64,000 nt of DNA from Erysipelotrichaceae bacterium (GCA_015058985.1 SVBH01000002.1:50727-114726); one strand, 5' to 3'. Positions 20,111-30,165 are shown, numbered from the stretch's first letter. Numbers and translations: made by a program. The notes: generated by a model not told the origin, from the letters alone.

Positions 20111-20995
20111 ATGACTTTAACAGAATTAATTAAAACTTTACGTGAACAAACTGGAGCAGGAATGTTAGACTGCAAAAAAGCTTTAGAACAATCTAATAAT
20201 GATTTAGATAAAGCTGCTGACTGGTTAAGAGAAAAGGGAATCTCTAAAGCAGCTAAAAAAGCAGATAGAATTGCTGCAGAAGGTTTAGCAAATACTCTTG
20301 TAAGTGGGGACAGAGCATTAATAGTTGAAATTAACTCTGAAACAGACTTCGCTGCAAAAAATGATTTATTCAAAGAATTAGTTAATAAAGTATCAACAGC
20401 TTTATTAGCATCAAATGCAAAAACTTTAGAAGAAGGATTAGCATATGTACATAATGGTGAAAGTGTTAATGATATGATCGTTAATGCTACTGCTGTTATA
20501 GGTGAAAAAATTAGTTTAAGAAGATTTGAAATTGTTACTAAAAATAGCGCAGATGTATTTGGAACATATAAACACATGGGTGGAAAAATTTGTTCTTTAG
20601 TTGTTTTAGCTAACACTAACAATGAAGAAGTTGCTAAAGACATCGCTATGCAAATTGCTGCTGCAAATCCAACATACAAATGTAAAGGTGATATTCCAGC
20701 AAGTGAAGTAGAAAAAGAAACTGCTATTCAAACTGAAATCGTTAAAAACGATCCTAAACTAGCAGGAAAACCTGAAGCTGCATTAAAGGGAATTATTGCA
20801 GGAAAAGTTAACAAAACTTTCAAAGAAGTTTGCTTAAATGATCAAGAATATGTTAAAGATCCAAGTTTAACAGTTGAAAAATATTTAGCTAATAACAAGA
20901 CTAGCGTTGCAACATTTGTTCGTTATGGCGTTGGTGAAGGAATGGCTAAAAGAGAAGAAAACTTCGCTGAAGAAGTTGCAAAACAAATGAAATAA
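20111..20995 (+). CDS. tsf: Elongation factor Ts
   Basis: LTELIKTLREQTGAGMLDCKKAL UBA-like N-terminus; 294 aa; 2 nt after rpsB. Confidence 0.95.
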   Translation: MTLTELIKTLREQTGAGMLDCKKALEQSNNDLDKAADWLREKGISKAAKKADRIAAEGLANTLVSGDRALIVEINSETDFAAKNDLFKELVNKVSTALLASNAKTLEEGLAYVHNGESVNDMIVNATAVIGEKISLRRFEIVTKNSADVFGTYKHMGGKICSLVVLANTNNEEVAKDIAMQIAAANPTYKCKGDIPASEVEKETAIQTEIVKNDPKLAGKPEAALKGIIAGKVNKTFKEVCLNDQEYVKDPSLTVEKYLANNKTSVATFVRYGVGEGMAKREENFAEEVAKQMK

Positions 20996-21018
20996 GAAGC
21001 TTATGCTTCTTTTTTTTT
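20995..21018 (+). terminator. Rho-independent terminator after tsf
   Basis: agaagc/gcttct stem, loop ttat, T8 run. Confidence 0.65.
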
Positions 21019-21029
21019 ATTAATCATTA

Positions 21030-21038
21030 TGGTAGAAT
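21030..21038 (+). promoter_or_regulatory. Extended -10 (TGgTAGAAT) upstream of pyrH
   Basis: tggtagaat 12 nt upstream of RBS aggag. Confidence 0.4.
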
Positions 21039-21059
21039 GTTGCTAGGAGCGTGAGTAAT

Positions 21060-21770
21060 GTGAGTTGTGAAAAGGTTCTTTTAAAAATAAGTGGTGCATC
21101 ACTTGGCAATGATAAGAATGGCTTTGACCTATCAGTTTTTAAAGAAGTCGCTAAACAAATTAAGGAATTAGTTCATAGTGGGATTAAAGTAGCCATCGTT
21201 GTTGGTGGAGGAAATGTTTGGCGTGGTTCTTTAGGCGCTAGTTATCATCTTGACCCTGTTAAAGCGGACTATTTAGGAATGACTTCTACTTTATACAATG
21301 GTTATTTACTTGAAGGATTATTAAAACAAATAGGAGTTAAAAGTGTTGTTTACTCTGCTGTAAGAGTTAAAAATTTAACAAAGAAGTATTCTAAGATTTT
21401 CGCTAGACAAGATTTACAAGCTGGAAAAGTTGTTATACTTGTTGGTGGTACTGGAAAACCTTTTTGTACAACTGATACTGCCGCTAGTTTAAGGGCTTCT
21501 GAACTTGGAATTGATACCATTTTAATGGGAAAAAATGGTGTAGATGGAGTTTATTCTGATGATCCTAGGGTAAATAAAAAAGCTAGAAAATTTGATCATT
21601 TAACATATGATGAAATATTAGAAAAGAAATTAAGAGTTGTTGATGATACTAGTATTGAAATATGTAAGAAAAATAATATAAAAATGCTTGTATTTAATAT
21701 CAATGATATGGATAATATTAATAGAGTAATTAAAGAAGAAAGTATTGGAACTTTAATAGAAGGAGAATAA
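21060..21770 (+). CDS. pyrH: UMP kinase. Probable GTG start at 21060, 10 nt after AGGAG; ORF-track GTG at 21051 abuts the RBS.
   Basis: KVLLKISGASLG, VVGGGNVWRG, amino-acid kinase fold motifs. Confidence 0.9.
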   Translation: MSCEKVLLKISGASLGNDKNGFDLSVFKEVAKQIKELVHSGIKVAIVVGGGNVWRGSLGASYHLDPVKADYLGMTSTLYNGYLLEGLLKQIGVKSVVYSAVRVKNLTKKYSKIFARQDLQAGKVVILVGGTGKPFCTTDTAASLRASELGIDTILMGKNGVDGVYSDDPRVNKKARKFDHLTYDEILEKKLRVVDDTSIEICKKNNIKMLVFNINDMDNINRVIKEESIGTLIEGE

Positions 21771-21771
21771 T

Positions 21772-22323
21772 ATGGATATTGAAGAATTAATGTTAGATTT
21801 AGAATTAAGAATGGAAAAAGCTCTAGAGAGTTATCAAAGAGATTTAGCTAGTGTAAGAACTGGTAGAGCTTCTGCTAGTATGTTTGAAAGAGTTTTAATT
21901 GATTACTATGGAGAAATGACTCCAATTAATCAAATTAGTAATATTTCTGTTCCTGAAGCAAGACAATTATTAATTAAACCTTATGAAAGAGAATTTATTA
22001 AAGCTATTGAAAAAGCAATTACAGATGCTAATTTGGGATTAACTCCAAACAATGATGGAGTTGTAATTAGAATTACTGTTCCTGCTTTGACAGAAGAAAG
22101 ACGTAGAGAATATGTTAAAATGGCTTCTAGAATGGCAGAAGATGGAAAAGTCGCTATCAGAAACATTAGAAGGGATGGCAATGATAAATTAAAAGCTAAT
22201 AAAACTATCTCTGAAGATTTAAGAAAGTCTTATGAAGAAGATATACAAAAACTAACTGATAAGTTTACTAAAAAAATAGATGCTTTATATGCTGAAAAAG
22301 AAAAAGATGTGATGTCAATTTAA
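21772..22323 (+). CDS. frr: Ribosome recycling factor
   Basis: 183 aa, LASVRTGRASASMFERVLIDYYG, synteny after pyrH. Confidence 0.95.
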   Translation: MDIEELMLDLELRMEKALESYQRDLASVRTGRASASMFERVLIDYYGEMTPINQISNISVPEARQLLIKPYEREFIKAIEKAITDANLGLTPNNDGVVIRITVPALTEERRREYVKMASRMAEDGKVAIRNIRRDGNDKLKANKTISEDLRKSYEEDIQKLTDKFTKKIDALYAEKEKDVMSI

Positions 22324-22337
22324 TCGCATCTTTTTTT
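22306..22337 (+). terminator. Rho-independent terminator at frr 3' end
   Basis: gatgtgat/atcgcatc stem (one G:U), T7 run; overlaps frr stop. Confidence 0.5.
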
Positions 22338-22397
22338 ATAGATTATATCTATAAAATTGTGTATAATAAGAATTGCATAATTAAAAAGGAGAACTAA

Positions 22398-23132
22398 ATG
22401 AAAAAAGAACTACAAGAAAGAAGTAGTAAAAAGAAGTTAGAACATGTTGCATTAATTATGGATGGGAATGGTCGTTGGGCGGAGAGTCTTGGAAAAGGAA
22501 GAACCTATGGCCATAAAATGGGAGCTGAAAGAATTGGAGATGTTGTAAAAACAGCAATTGAAAACGATATTAAAGCAATTACGTTGTACGCTTTTTCAAC
22601 TGAAAACTGGAAGCGACCTGAAACAGAAGTAACTTACATTATGAATTTGATAAAGAGTTATTTCAAAAGACAAAGAAAAAAGATGATGGAAAGGAAGATT
22701 AGATTTAATTATATAGGGGATATAGATGATCCTAAGGTTGATCCTTCTATCAGAAAAATGTTTAAGGAAACAAAAGAAGAAACAAAAGATAACGATAAAC
22801 TTACTTTGACGATTGCTTTCAACTATGGAGCAAGAGAAGAAATAGTTAGAGCGGTTAAAAAGATTTCTTCTCAAGTTGTAAATGAAGAAAAAGATATTGA
22901 TGATATTAACTATCAAGATATCAAAAATAATCTTTACACTTATGACTTGCCTGATATTGATTTAGTTATCAGAACTAGTGGAGAAGTAAGATTATCAAAT
23001 TATCTATTATTGCAACTTGCATATAGTGAATTGTATTTCACTAAAACTTATTGGCCAGCTTTTGATAAAGTGGAATTTGAAAAGGCCATTGAAAATTATT
23101 ATCGTCGAGATAGAAGGTTTGGAGGATTGTAG
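22398..23132 (+). CDS. uppS: Undecaprenyl diphosphate synthase (isoprenyl transferase)
   Basis: HVALIMDGNGRWA, FSTENWKRP, cis-prenyltransferase fold. Confidence 0.93.
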   Translation: MKKELQERSSKKKLEHVALIMDGNGRWAESLGKGRTYGHKMGAERIGDVVKTAIENDIKAITLYAFSTENWKRPETEVTYIMNLIKSYFKRQRKKMMERKIRFNYIGDIDDPKVDPSIRKMFKETKEETKDNDKLTLTIAFNYGAREEIVRAVKKISSQVVNEEKDIDDINYQDIKNNLYTYDLPDIDLVIRTSGEVRLSNYLLLQLAYSELYFTKTYWPAFDKVEFEKAIENYYRRDRRFGGL

Positions 23133-23136
23133 TATT

Positions 23137-23943
23137 ATGAGTACAAAAGTTTTAAGAATATTAACTGGAATTGGGCTTGCTGCCTTAGTCGTTCCACTAG
23201 TAATTATTGGTAAATTACCTTTTGATATCTTTATTATGGTTTTATTTACTGGTGCAATGTATGAATTTTTAAGATTAAAACAATGCAATTGGATTACTAA
23301 AGCAGTTAGCATTATTACAGTGGCGGGGATAACTGTTTTGACAAGGTTTCATATTCATAATGATTTTTCATTGCCATATTTCAAAATCCTATTTGCAATA
23401 TTAGTTTTCAGTTTAATATTCTTATCACTTTCTTACTTTATTGATGATAAATTAAATGGAAATGATGTATTTTTATTATTTACAATGCTTCTAATTTATA
23501 CAGCATCTTCATATGCTTTATTAACTTTGAACGCTTATGAAGGAGCATACAGATATTTATTAATAGCATTACTTTTCTTACCTACTGTTGTTTGTGATAC
23601 GGCAGCGTATGCGTTTGGTTCTAAATTTGGAAAAACAAAATATATTAAGAAGATTTCTCCAAATAAATCGCTTGAAGGTTCTATTGCAGGATATGTCTTT
23701 GGCTTAGCAATGGGTCTTATCATTTTAGCTATTGGTCATAAATATTTCACATGGCAATTATTGGGTGCGGCTTTTGTTATCCCTGTTACTTGCCAAATTG
23801 GAGATTTATTCTTTTCTTCAATTAAAAGATTACATTCAGCAAAAGATTTTTCTAATTTACTTCCAGGTCATGGAGGAATTAATGATCGTATGGATTCATT
23901 AATTATTGATTCAATCGTATTATTAGCATTTATATTATTTTAG
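23137..23943 (+). CDS. cdsA: Phosphatidate cytidylyltransferase. Start is ATG 23137 (MSTKVLRIL); the ORF-track 5' extension overlaps uppS.
   Basis: Multi-TM; C-terminal signature SSIKRLHSAKDFSNLLPGHGGINDRMDS. Confidence 0.88.
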   Translation: MSTKVLRILTGIGLAALVVPLVIIGKLPFDIFIMVLFTGAMYEFLRLKQCNWITKAVSIITVAGITVLTRFHIHNDFSLPYFKILFAILVFSLIFLSLSYFIDDKLNGNDVFLLFTMLLIYTASSYALLTLNAYEGAYRYLLIALLFLPTVVCDTAAYAFGSKFGKTKYIKKISPNKSLEGSIAGYVFGLAMGLIILAIGHKYFTWQLLGAAFVIPVTCQIGDLFFSSIKRLHSAKDFSNLLPGHGGINDRMDSLIIDSIVLLAFILF

Positions 23944-23957
23944 AAAGAAGGTAAAAC

Positions 23958-25067
23958 ATGATTTTAGCAGGACTATTTGGCTTTGCATGGGATTTAGTTG
24001 TCTTTGTAGTAGCTCTATCTATTTTAATCTTAATACATGAGTTAGGGCATTTTTTCTTTGCAAAATTATTTAAAGTTTATTGCTATGAATTTTCTTTAGG
24101 AATGGGACCAGTGCTTGTTCAAAGAGAAAGAAAAAATGATGAGACTAAATATTCTATTAGGGCATTTCCAATTGGTGGTTATGTTGCTATGGCTGGTGAA
24201 TCCACAGAGGAAGATAATAGTGTTCCATTTGAGAGAACTATCAATGGAGTAGCTAGTTGGAAAAAAATGATAATCGTAATCGCTGGAGTTATGATGAATT
24301 TTATCTTAGCTTTTATCCTTTTTGTAGGAATCTTTCTTTCTGTTGGAACTCCATCTAATAAATATAAATTACAAGTAACTAACGATGGAATTGCTTATGA
24401 AGCTGGTTTAAGAACTGGTGATACAATTAATAATATCTCATCAATGATTGTTGAAAATGGAGAAGATGATATTTATGAAACTAGTAAAGTAAGTTCTTTA
24501 TTAGATGTAATTGATTTTTTAAATGACAATACTTTGTCCAATAAAAATCAGGTTCAAGAAATTGTTTTCAATGTTACAAGAAATGAATCTACGTTTGATA
24601 TTGATTTGACTAGAGGTTATTCAAAAGGAAAGGTGCAATCTATTGGTATTACTATTGTTGAGTTAAATGAAAAACAGGGTTTTTTCAAGACAATAGGTTA
24701 TGCTGCTAAATATGAATTTGAAGTAACGGGGATGATTTTTGAAGGCGTCGCCGGGTTGTTTACTAAAGAAGGATGGAAAAATGTTGGAGGTCCAATTCAA
24801 ATTTTCCAAATCACTAGTGAAGCTGCTAGTTTAGGATTTATTAACTTCTTGATGTTACTTGCAGTTTTATCTGCTAATCTTGGTGTAATTAATTTGTTAC
24901 CAATCCCTGCTTTAGATGGTGCTAGATTTTTAACTTCTTTGTGGGAAGTAATTACTAGAAAAAGAGTTAATGCTAAAGCAGAAGCTGCAATCAATGCAGT
25001 AGGAATGATTTTCTTATTAGGTCTAATGGGAATTATAATTGTTAAAGATATCGTGATGTTGTTTTAG
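23958..25067 (+). CDS. rseP: RIP zinc metalloprotease RseP (site-2 protease)
   Basis: HELGHFFFAK HExxH in TM1, PDZ-like middle, LNLLPIPALDG C-terminal motif. Confidence 0.9.
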   Translation: MILAGLFGFAWDLVVFVVALSILILIHELGHFFFAKLFKVYCYEFSLGMGPVLVQRERKNDETKYSIRAFPIGGYVAMAGESTEEDNSVPFERTINGVASWKKMIIVIAGVMMNFILAFILFVGIFLSVGTPSNKYKLQVTNDGIAYEAGLRTGDTINNISSMIVENGEDDIYETSKVSSLLDVIDFLNDNTLSNKNQVQEIVFNVTRNESTFDIDLTRGYSKGKVQSIGITIVELNEKQGFFKTIGYAAKYEFEVTGMIFEGVAGLFTKEGWKNVGGPIQIFQITSEAASLGFINFLMLLAVLSANLGVINLLPIPALDGARFLTSLWEVITRKRVNAKAEAAINAVGMIFLLGLMGIIIVKDIVMLF

Positions 25068-25072
25068 TTGAG

Positions 25073-28000
25073 GTGTTTGATATGGATGAAAAGTTAGTAA
25101 AGTTTTTAGAATCAATTAAGATAGAAGGAAATGATTGTTTCCTTTTTTCTAATGCAAAGCTACTTTCTTCCACGTACAGCAAGGCCACTAAAACTTTCAA
25201 AATAAAAATTGGATTGAATGCTCCTTTATCGGTTGATGGCTATGCTTTATTAGCTAAAAGCCTAAAGAATTTTCCTTATCCAGCTGAATTAGAATATAGT
25301 GTAGATAGTTCAGTGTCTTTTACCGAGGAAGAAATAGGAAATTATCTAGAATATTTTAAGAAAAAATATTTTTCTCAACTACAAGTTTTAGAGGGCATTA
25401 ACTATTCATATACCCCAGGTAAATTAGCTTTTAGAGTGAAGACTAATATTCAAGAAGATTTACTAATTCCTCTAAAATCAGAAATTGCTAATAAGTTCGC
25501 TTTAATAGGTATCAATCTTAATGTTGTAATTAAAGTTGAAAAAGATGAGAGTTTAGAGCAAAAGGTTAAAGAGGAAACTGATGGATTGAATTCTAGATTA
25601 GTTGCTGCTGCTGTAAATGAACTTGAAAGAGCTGAAAAGGAAGCAAAACCTGAAAAGACAAAACCTAATTATTATAAAACAGAAATTATTGAGGCAAAAA
25701 TCAATGATTTAACGCCTTATGATAAAAATATATGTATAACTGCTAAAGTTATTAGAGCAGAAGCAAAAGAACTTAAAACAGGACGATTAATCCTATCTTT
25801 TGATGTTACTGATGGAACTAATTCTATTACTTGTAAAATATTTGAGGGTGCAAGATTTTCTAAAGAGGATATTAAGAATATCAAAGAAGGAATGTGGCTA
25901 AAGATTACAGGTAATGTTGAAAATGATAGTTTTGATCATGAAGAAGTATTAATGGCCTCTAAAATTGAACAAGTAGAAGTTAAAGAAGAATCTAGAATAG
26001 ATGATGCTTTAGAAAAGAGAGTAGAACTGCATTTACATTCTAAGATGAGTGCTATGGATGGGATTAACTCTATAAAGGATTATGTGGCAAGAGCAGAAAA
26101 ATGGGGACATAAAGCAATTGCTATTACTGACCACGATAATTTACAATCTTATCCCGATGCTCAAAATGCTTTAAAAGGAAAGAACATTAAAATGATTTAT
26201 GGTTTAGAAGCTACGATGTCGCATAATAAACCTTTGTATACTTTTAAACCTGCTTTAGTAGATTTAAGTACTGCTACGTACGTGGTTTTTGATATTGAAA
26301 CTAGTGGATTTTCTTCCTCACTAGATAGTATCATCGAGATTGGGGCAGTTAAATGTCAAAATGGAGTAGTAATAGATAGATTTCAAACCTTTATAAATGT
26401 TGATTTTAAATTACAATCTGTAACAACTGAACTTACAGGAATCACTGATGCCATGTTAAAGGGACAACCAAAAATTGAACAGGCTATTGATAAATTTAAG
26501 TCATTTATCGAAGATACTATTCTTGTTGCACATAATGCTACATTTGATATTGGTTTTATAAAAAGTGCTTTTTACAAGCAAGGATACACATTAGAAAATC
26601 CTGTTATTGATACTTTAAATGTTGCTCGAAGAATTTACCCTAATATGAAAAGGTACAACTTGAAAGCATTATGTAAAAATTTAAAAGTAGAATATGATAG
26701 TGAAAGTGCTCACAGAGCGGACTATGATGCTGAAGTAACCTATCATTGCTTTGATAGTATGCTTACAACATTAATTCAAGATTATGGTATTGAAACCCAT
26801 AAAGATTTTGACAAATTAATCGATGGAAATGAATATAAAAGGGTTTTCCCATATCATGTAACTTTACTTGTAAAAAATCAAGAAGGGCTAAAAGATTTAT
26901 TCAAGCTTGTGTCTCGTGCTCATACCGAAACTTTTGTCGATGGTGCTAGAGTAAGAAAAGAAGATATTGATGAATTCAGAACTAATTTACTTGTAGGTTC
27001 TGCTTGTTGTAATTCACAAGTATTTGAAATTGCTCAAACTAAAACTTATGAAGAATTGAAAGAATATGTATCTTGGTATGATTATATTGAGATTCAACCA
27101 TTAGATAATTATTCTCATTTAATTGCTACTGGTAAAATGACTCCTGAAAGACTTGAAGAAGTCATTGAAATGATTGTAAAAGCAGCTAAGGAAACTAATA
27201 AAATCTTAGTTGCAACAGGAGATGTGCACTATCTTGATCCAGAAGATAAGATAGCAAGAACAATTTACATCAATTCTAAAGCTATTGGAGGAGCAATGCA
27301 TCCTTTATTTGATTATGATGGAAGAATAAAAGAGTATCCTAATCAGCACTTTAGAACGACTAAAGAAATGTTGAGATGTTTTGAATGGTTAGGAGAAGAC
27401 CTTGCTTATGAAATGGTAGTTACCAATACTAATAAAATAGCAGATATGATTGAAACTGTAACCCCATTAAAAACAGAACTATATACTCCAAAAATGGAGG
27501 GGGCAGAACAAACTTTAGAAGAATTATGTTATAAAACTGCTAAAGAAATATATGGTGATCCTTTACCAGAAATAGTACAAGCTCGTATTGAAAAAGAATT
27601 AAAATCTATTATAGGAAATGGATTTGCTGTTATTTATTACATTGCTCATAAATTAGTTAAAAAATCTAATGAAGATGGATATATAGTAGGGTCAAGAGGT
27701 TCTGTTGGTTCCTCTGTTGTAGCCACATTTACTGGAATAACAGAAGTAAATGGTTTACCTCCTCATTATGTTTGTCCTCATTGCCAATATTCAGAATGGT
27801 TCACTGATGGATCGGTTGCTAGTGGCTTTGACTTACCTGAAAAGAATTGCCCTAAATGTGGAATGCCTTTAAAGGGAGATGGACACGATATACCATTTGA
27901 AACTTTCTTAGGATTTAAGGGAGATAAGGTTCCTGATATTGATTTAAACTTCTCAGGGGATTATCAACCTAGAGCACATGATTTTACCAAAGTAATGTTT

Positions 28001-29371
28001 GGTGAGGACAATGTTTTTAGAGCAGGAACAATTGGTACAGTTGCTGAAAAGACTGCTTATGGTTATGTAAAAGCTTATTTTGAAAACAATAATTTACCAA
28101 TGCCAAGAAAGGCAGAAATAAACAGATTAGCTAAAAAATGTGAAGGAGTAAAAAGAACCACAGGTCAGCACCCTGGAGGAATCGTCGTTATTCCTCAATA
28201 TATGGATGTCTTTGATTTTACTCCAATTAACTATCCAGCTGATGATTTAAGTGCAGCTTGGAGAACTACTCACTTTGATTTCCATGCTATTCACGATAAT
28301 ATCTTAAAACTAGATATTTTAGGACACGTTGATCCTACTCAACTTAGAATGTTATACGACTTAACTGGAATTGATCCTAAAACAGTCAATGTAAGTGATG
28401 ATAAAGTTTTAGCTTTATTTGCAGGACCAGAAGTCATGGGGGTTACCAAAGAACAAGTGTTAAATGAAACTGGTACAACAGGAGTATCTGAATTCAATAC
28501 TCCATTTACTAAAAAGATGGTGCTTTCTACAAAACCTAATAAGTTTTCAGATTTAGTCCAAATTTCAGGATTATCACATGGAACAGATGTTTGGAATGGT
28601 AATGCAGAAGAATTAATAAAAAGTGGCGTTTGTACCATTAAAACTGTAATTGGATGTAGAGATGATATCATGGTCTATTTGATGCATAAAGGATTGGAAC
28701 CAGGAACAGCATTTAAAATCATGGAAGCAGTCAGAAAAGGAAAAGGATTAACTCCTGAATTTGAGGAAGTAATGAAAGACCATAATGTACCTTCTTGGTA
28801 TCTAGACTCTTGTAAGAAAATTAAATACATGTTCCCTAAAGCCCACGCAGTTGCTTATGTTATGATGGCTTTAAGAAGTACCTGGTATAAAATATATAAA
28901 CCACTTCATTTCTATGCTGCATATTTTTCTACTAGATGTAATATTTTTGATATTAAAGCAATGACAGGCGGATATGCATCAATTAAGAAAAGATATGAAG
29001 AAATTTTAGATAAAAAGAGAAACCATGAAGAAGTTTCTGCAAAAGAAGAAGAAATTGCTTCAACTTTAGAAAATGCTTTAGAAATGACTGCGAGAGGATA
29101 CACTTTTGCTAATATTAATATAGATAAATCAGCAGCTTCTAATTTCATTGTAGATGAGGAAAATAACCAATTAATTCCACCATTTACAACTATAGATGGT
29201 CTAGGTCTTAACGTTGCTAATTCAATTGTTAAAGCTAGAGAAGAAAACCCTTTCTTATCAAGACAAGACTTAATGCAAAGAACACAAGTAAATGGAACTC
29301 AAAAGAAAATATTTGAAGAACTTGGAGCTTTAGACGAACTTAGTGAAGCAAACCAATTAACATTATTTTAG
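25073..29371 (+). CDS. polC: DNA polymerase III PolC-type (alpha subunit, Gram-positive type)
   Basis: 1432 aa; DnaQ-like exonuclease insertion (FDIETSGF...HRADYDAE), PHP and polymerase core motifs, Zn finger CPHC...CPKC. Confidence 0.97.
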   Translation: MFDMDEKLVKFLESIKIEGNDCFLFSNAKLLSSTYSKATKTFKIKIGLNAPLSVDGYALLAKSLKNFPYPAELEYSVDSSVSFTEEEIGNYLEYFKKKYFSQLQVLEGINYSYTPGKLAFRVKTNIQEDLLIPLKSEIANKFALIGINLNVVIKVEKDESLEQKVKEETDGLNSRLVAAAVNELERAEKEAKPEKTKPNYYKTEIIEAKINDLTPYDKNICITAKVIRAEAKELKTGRLILSFDVTDGTNSITCKIFEGARFSKEDIKNIKEGMWLKITGNVENDSFDHEEVLMASKIEQVEVKEESRIDDALEKRVELHLHSKMSAMDGINSIKDYVARAEKWGHKAIAITDHDNLQSYPDAQNALKGKNIKMIYGLEATMSHNKPLYTFKPALVDLSTATYVVFDIETSGFSSSLDSIIEIGAVKCQNGVVIDRFQTFINVDFKLQSVTTELTGITDAMLKGQPKIEQAIDKFKSFIEDTILVAHNATFDIGFIKSAFYKQGYTLENPVIDTLNVARRIYPNMKRYNLKALCKNLKVEYDSESAHRADYDAEVTYHCFDSMLTTLIQDYGIETHKDFDKLIDGNEYKRVFPYHVTLLVKNQEGLKDLFKLVSRAHTETFVDGARVRKEDIDEFRTNLLVGSACCNSQVFEIAQTKTYEELKEYVSWYDYIEIQPLDNYSHLIATGKMTPERLEEVIEMIVKAAKETNKILVATGDVHYLDPEDKIARTIYINSKAIGGAMHPLFDYDGRIKEYPNQHFRTTKEMLRCFEWLGEDLAYEMVVTNTNKIADMIETVTPLKTELYTPKMEGAEQTLEELCYKTAKEIYGDPLPEIVQARIEKELKSIIGNGFAVIYYIAHKLVKKSNEDGYIVGSRGSVGSSVVATFTGITEVNGLPPHYVCPHCQYSEWFTDGSVASGFDLPEKNCPKCGMPLKGDGHDIPFETFLGFKGDKVPDIDLNFSGDYQPRAHDFTKVMFGEDNVFRAGTIGTVAEKTAYGYVKAYFENNNLPMPRKAEINRLAKKCEGVKRTTGQHPGGIVVIPQYMDVFDFTPINYPADDLSAAWRTTHFDFHAIHDNILKLDILGHVDPTQLRMLYDLTGIDPKTVNVSDDKVLALFAGPEVMGVTKEQVLNETGTTGVSEFNTPFTKKMVLSTKPNKFSDLVQISGLSHGTDVWNGNAEELIKSGVCTIKTVIGCRDDIMVYLMHKGLEPGTAFKIMEAVRKGKGLTPEFEEVMKDHNVPSWYLDSCKKIKYMFPKAHAVAYVMMALRSTWYKIYKPLHFYAAYFSTRCNIFDIKAMTGGYASIKKRYEEILDKKRNHEEVSAKEEEIASTLENALEMTARGYTFANINIDKSAASNFIVDEENNQLIPPFTTIDGLGLNVANSIVKAREENPFLSRQDLMQRTQVNGTQKKIFEELGALDELSEANQLTLF

Positions 29372-29391
29372 AGCTCAATAGAGCTCTTTTA
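29370..29391 (+). terminator. Terminator after polC (weak T-tract)
   Basis: agagctc/gagctct stem, loop aata, TTTT. Confidence 0.45.
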
Positions 29392-29444
29392 ATTTGTATA
29401 GAAAAAAGTTAATTATATTGTATAGTATTCTTGAGGTGAATATC

Positions 29445-30140
29445 TTGAAAAAATATTATTTATCTGTTGATTTAATAAATGTTAAAGAAAATTTAAATGA
29501 TTTAAAACAAATATATGATTATTTAGATGGTGTTATCGCTAACGTCTTAAAACTTAAATCTTTGCACAAACCCATTTTAATCCCTTATTACTATGGTAAA
29601 AAAGAAGAAGATTGCGGTGTTAGTTGCTATGCATTTTTTGCTGGTGGATATCTAACTTTACACATTTTTGAAAAAAGAAGAATAGCTTATTTTGATATAG
29701 TCAGCGATAAAAAAATAGATAATAAAAAAGTGTTGACTGGACTAAAAAACTTTATGGGAACATTCGAATATAACATTTATGATAATCAAATTGAAAATAA
29801 AGTTTATAATGAAAATATCTTTGGTCCACATTATTTTTGTTTTGGTAAAAGTAAGAGTAGTATTGATGCGGATAGCTTATTAAAATTATCTGAACTAATA
29901 ATCAAGGAAATAAAGATGACCCCCATTACTCATCCTGTAATCGTTAAGGATAAAAATGAAATGAGGGTATTTACTGCAATAGCAGAAAGTCATATTTGTT
30001 TGACGGTTTTTGATAAGTATTTAGTCGTTGATGGTTTTAGTTGTAAAATGTTTGATATTAGTAAATTAGAGGAGATATTGTCTAATTATCTTGAAATAGA
30101 AAATAAAAGAATTTATACCAGGTTAAATAAGGTTAAATAA
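29445..30140 (+). CDS. AdoMetDC-like (SpeH/SpeD-fold) protein with internal duplication. No ATG near the 5' end; probable TTG start at 29445 after GAGGTGA, ORF-track TTG at 29394.
   Basis: C-terminal half AIAESHICLTVFDKYLVVDGFSC resembles the pyruvoyl AdoMetDC motif (v)LSESHltIHTwPE...vDvFTCG; N-terminal half GGYLTLHIFEKRRIAYFDIVS is a degenerate copy lacking the Ser. Confidence 0.45.
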   Translation: MKKYYLSVDLINVKENLNDLKQIYDYLDGVIANVLKLKSLHKPILIPYYYGKKEEDCGVSCYAFFAGGYLTLHIFEKRRIAYFDIVSDKKIDNKKVLTGLKNFMGTFEYNIYDNQIENKVYNENIFGPHYFCFGKSKSSIDADSLLKLSELIIKEIKMTPITHPVIVKDKNEMRVFTAIAESHICLTVFDKYLVVDGFSCKMFDISKLEEILSNYLEIENKRIYTRLNKVK

Positions 30141-30142
30141 TA

Positions 30143-30165
30143 GGATACTTTACTGTATCCTTTTT
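30143..30165 (+). terminator. Rho-independent terminator
   Basis: aggatac/gtatcct stem, T5 run. Confidence 0.55.

Noticed and set aside
19933-20133. 66-aa ORF in an alternative frame over the rpsB C-terminal tail
   Set aside because: Produced by the low-complexity gaa/aaa repeat tract. It lies wholly inside the rpsB tail extension and the rpsB/tsf junction and has no RBS.
20059-20679. 206-aa minus-strand ORF
   Set aside because: Antisense shadow of the highly conserved tsf gene. Its S/A/L-rich composition is typical of reverse-frame artefacts in AT-rich coding DNA.
23017-23136. 5' extension of cdsA overlapping uppS
   Set aside because: It overlaps the uppS C-terminus in another frame. The conserved CdsA N-terminus begins at MSTKVLRIL (ATG 23137).
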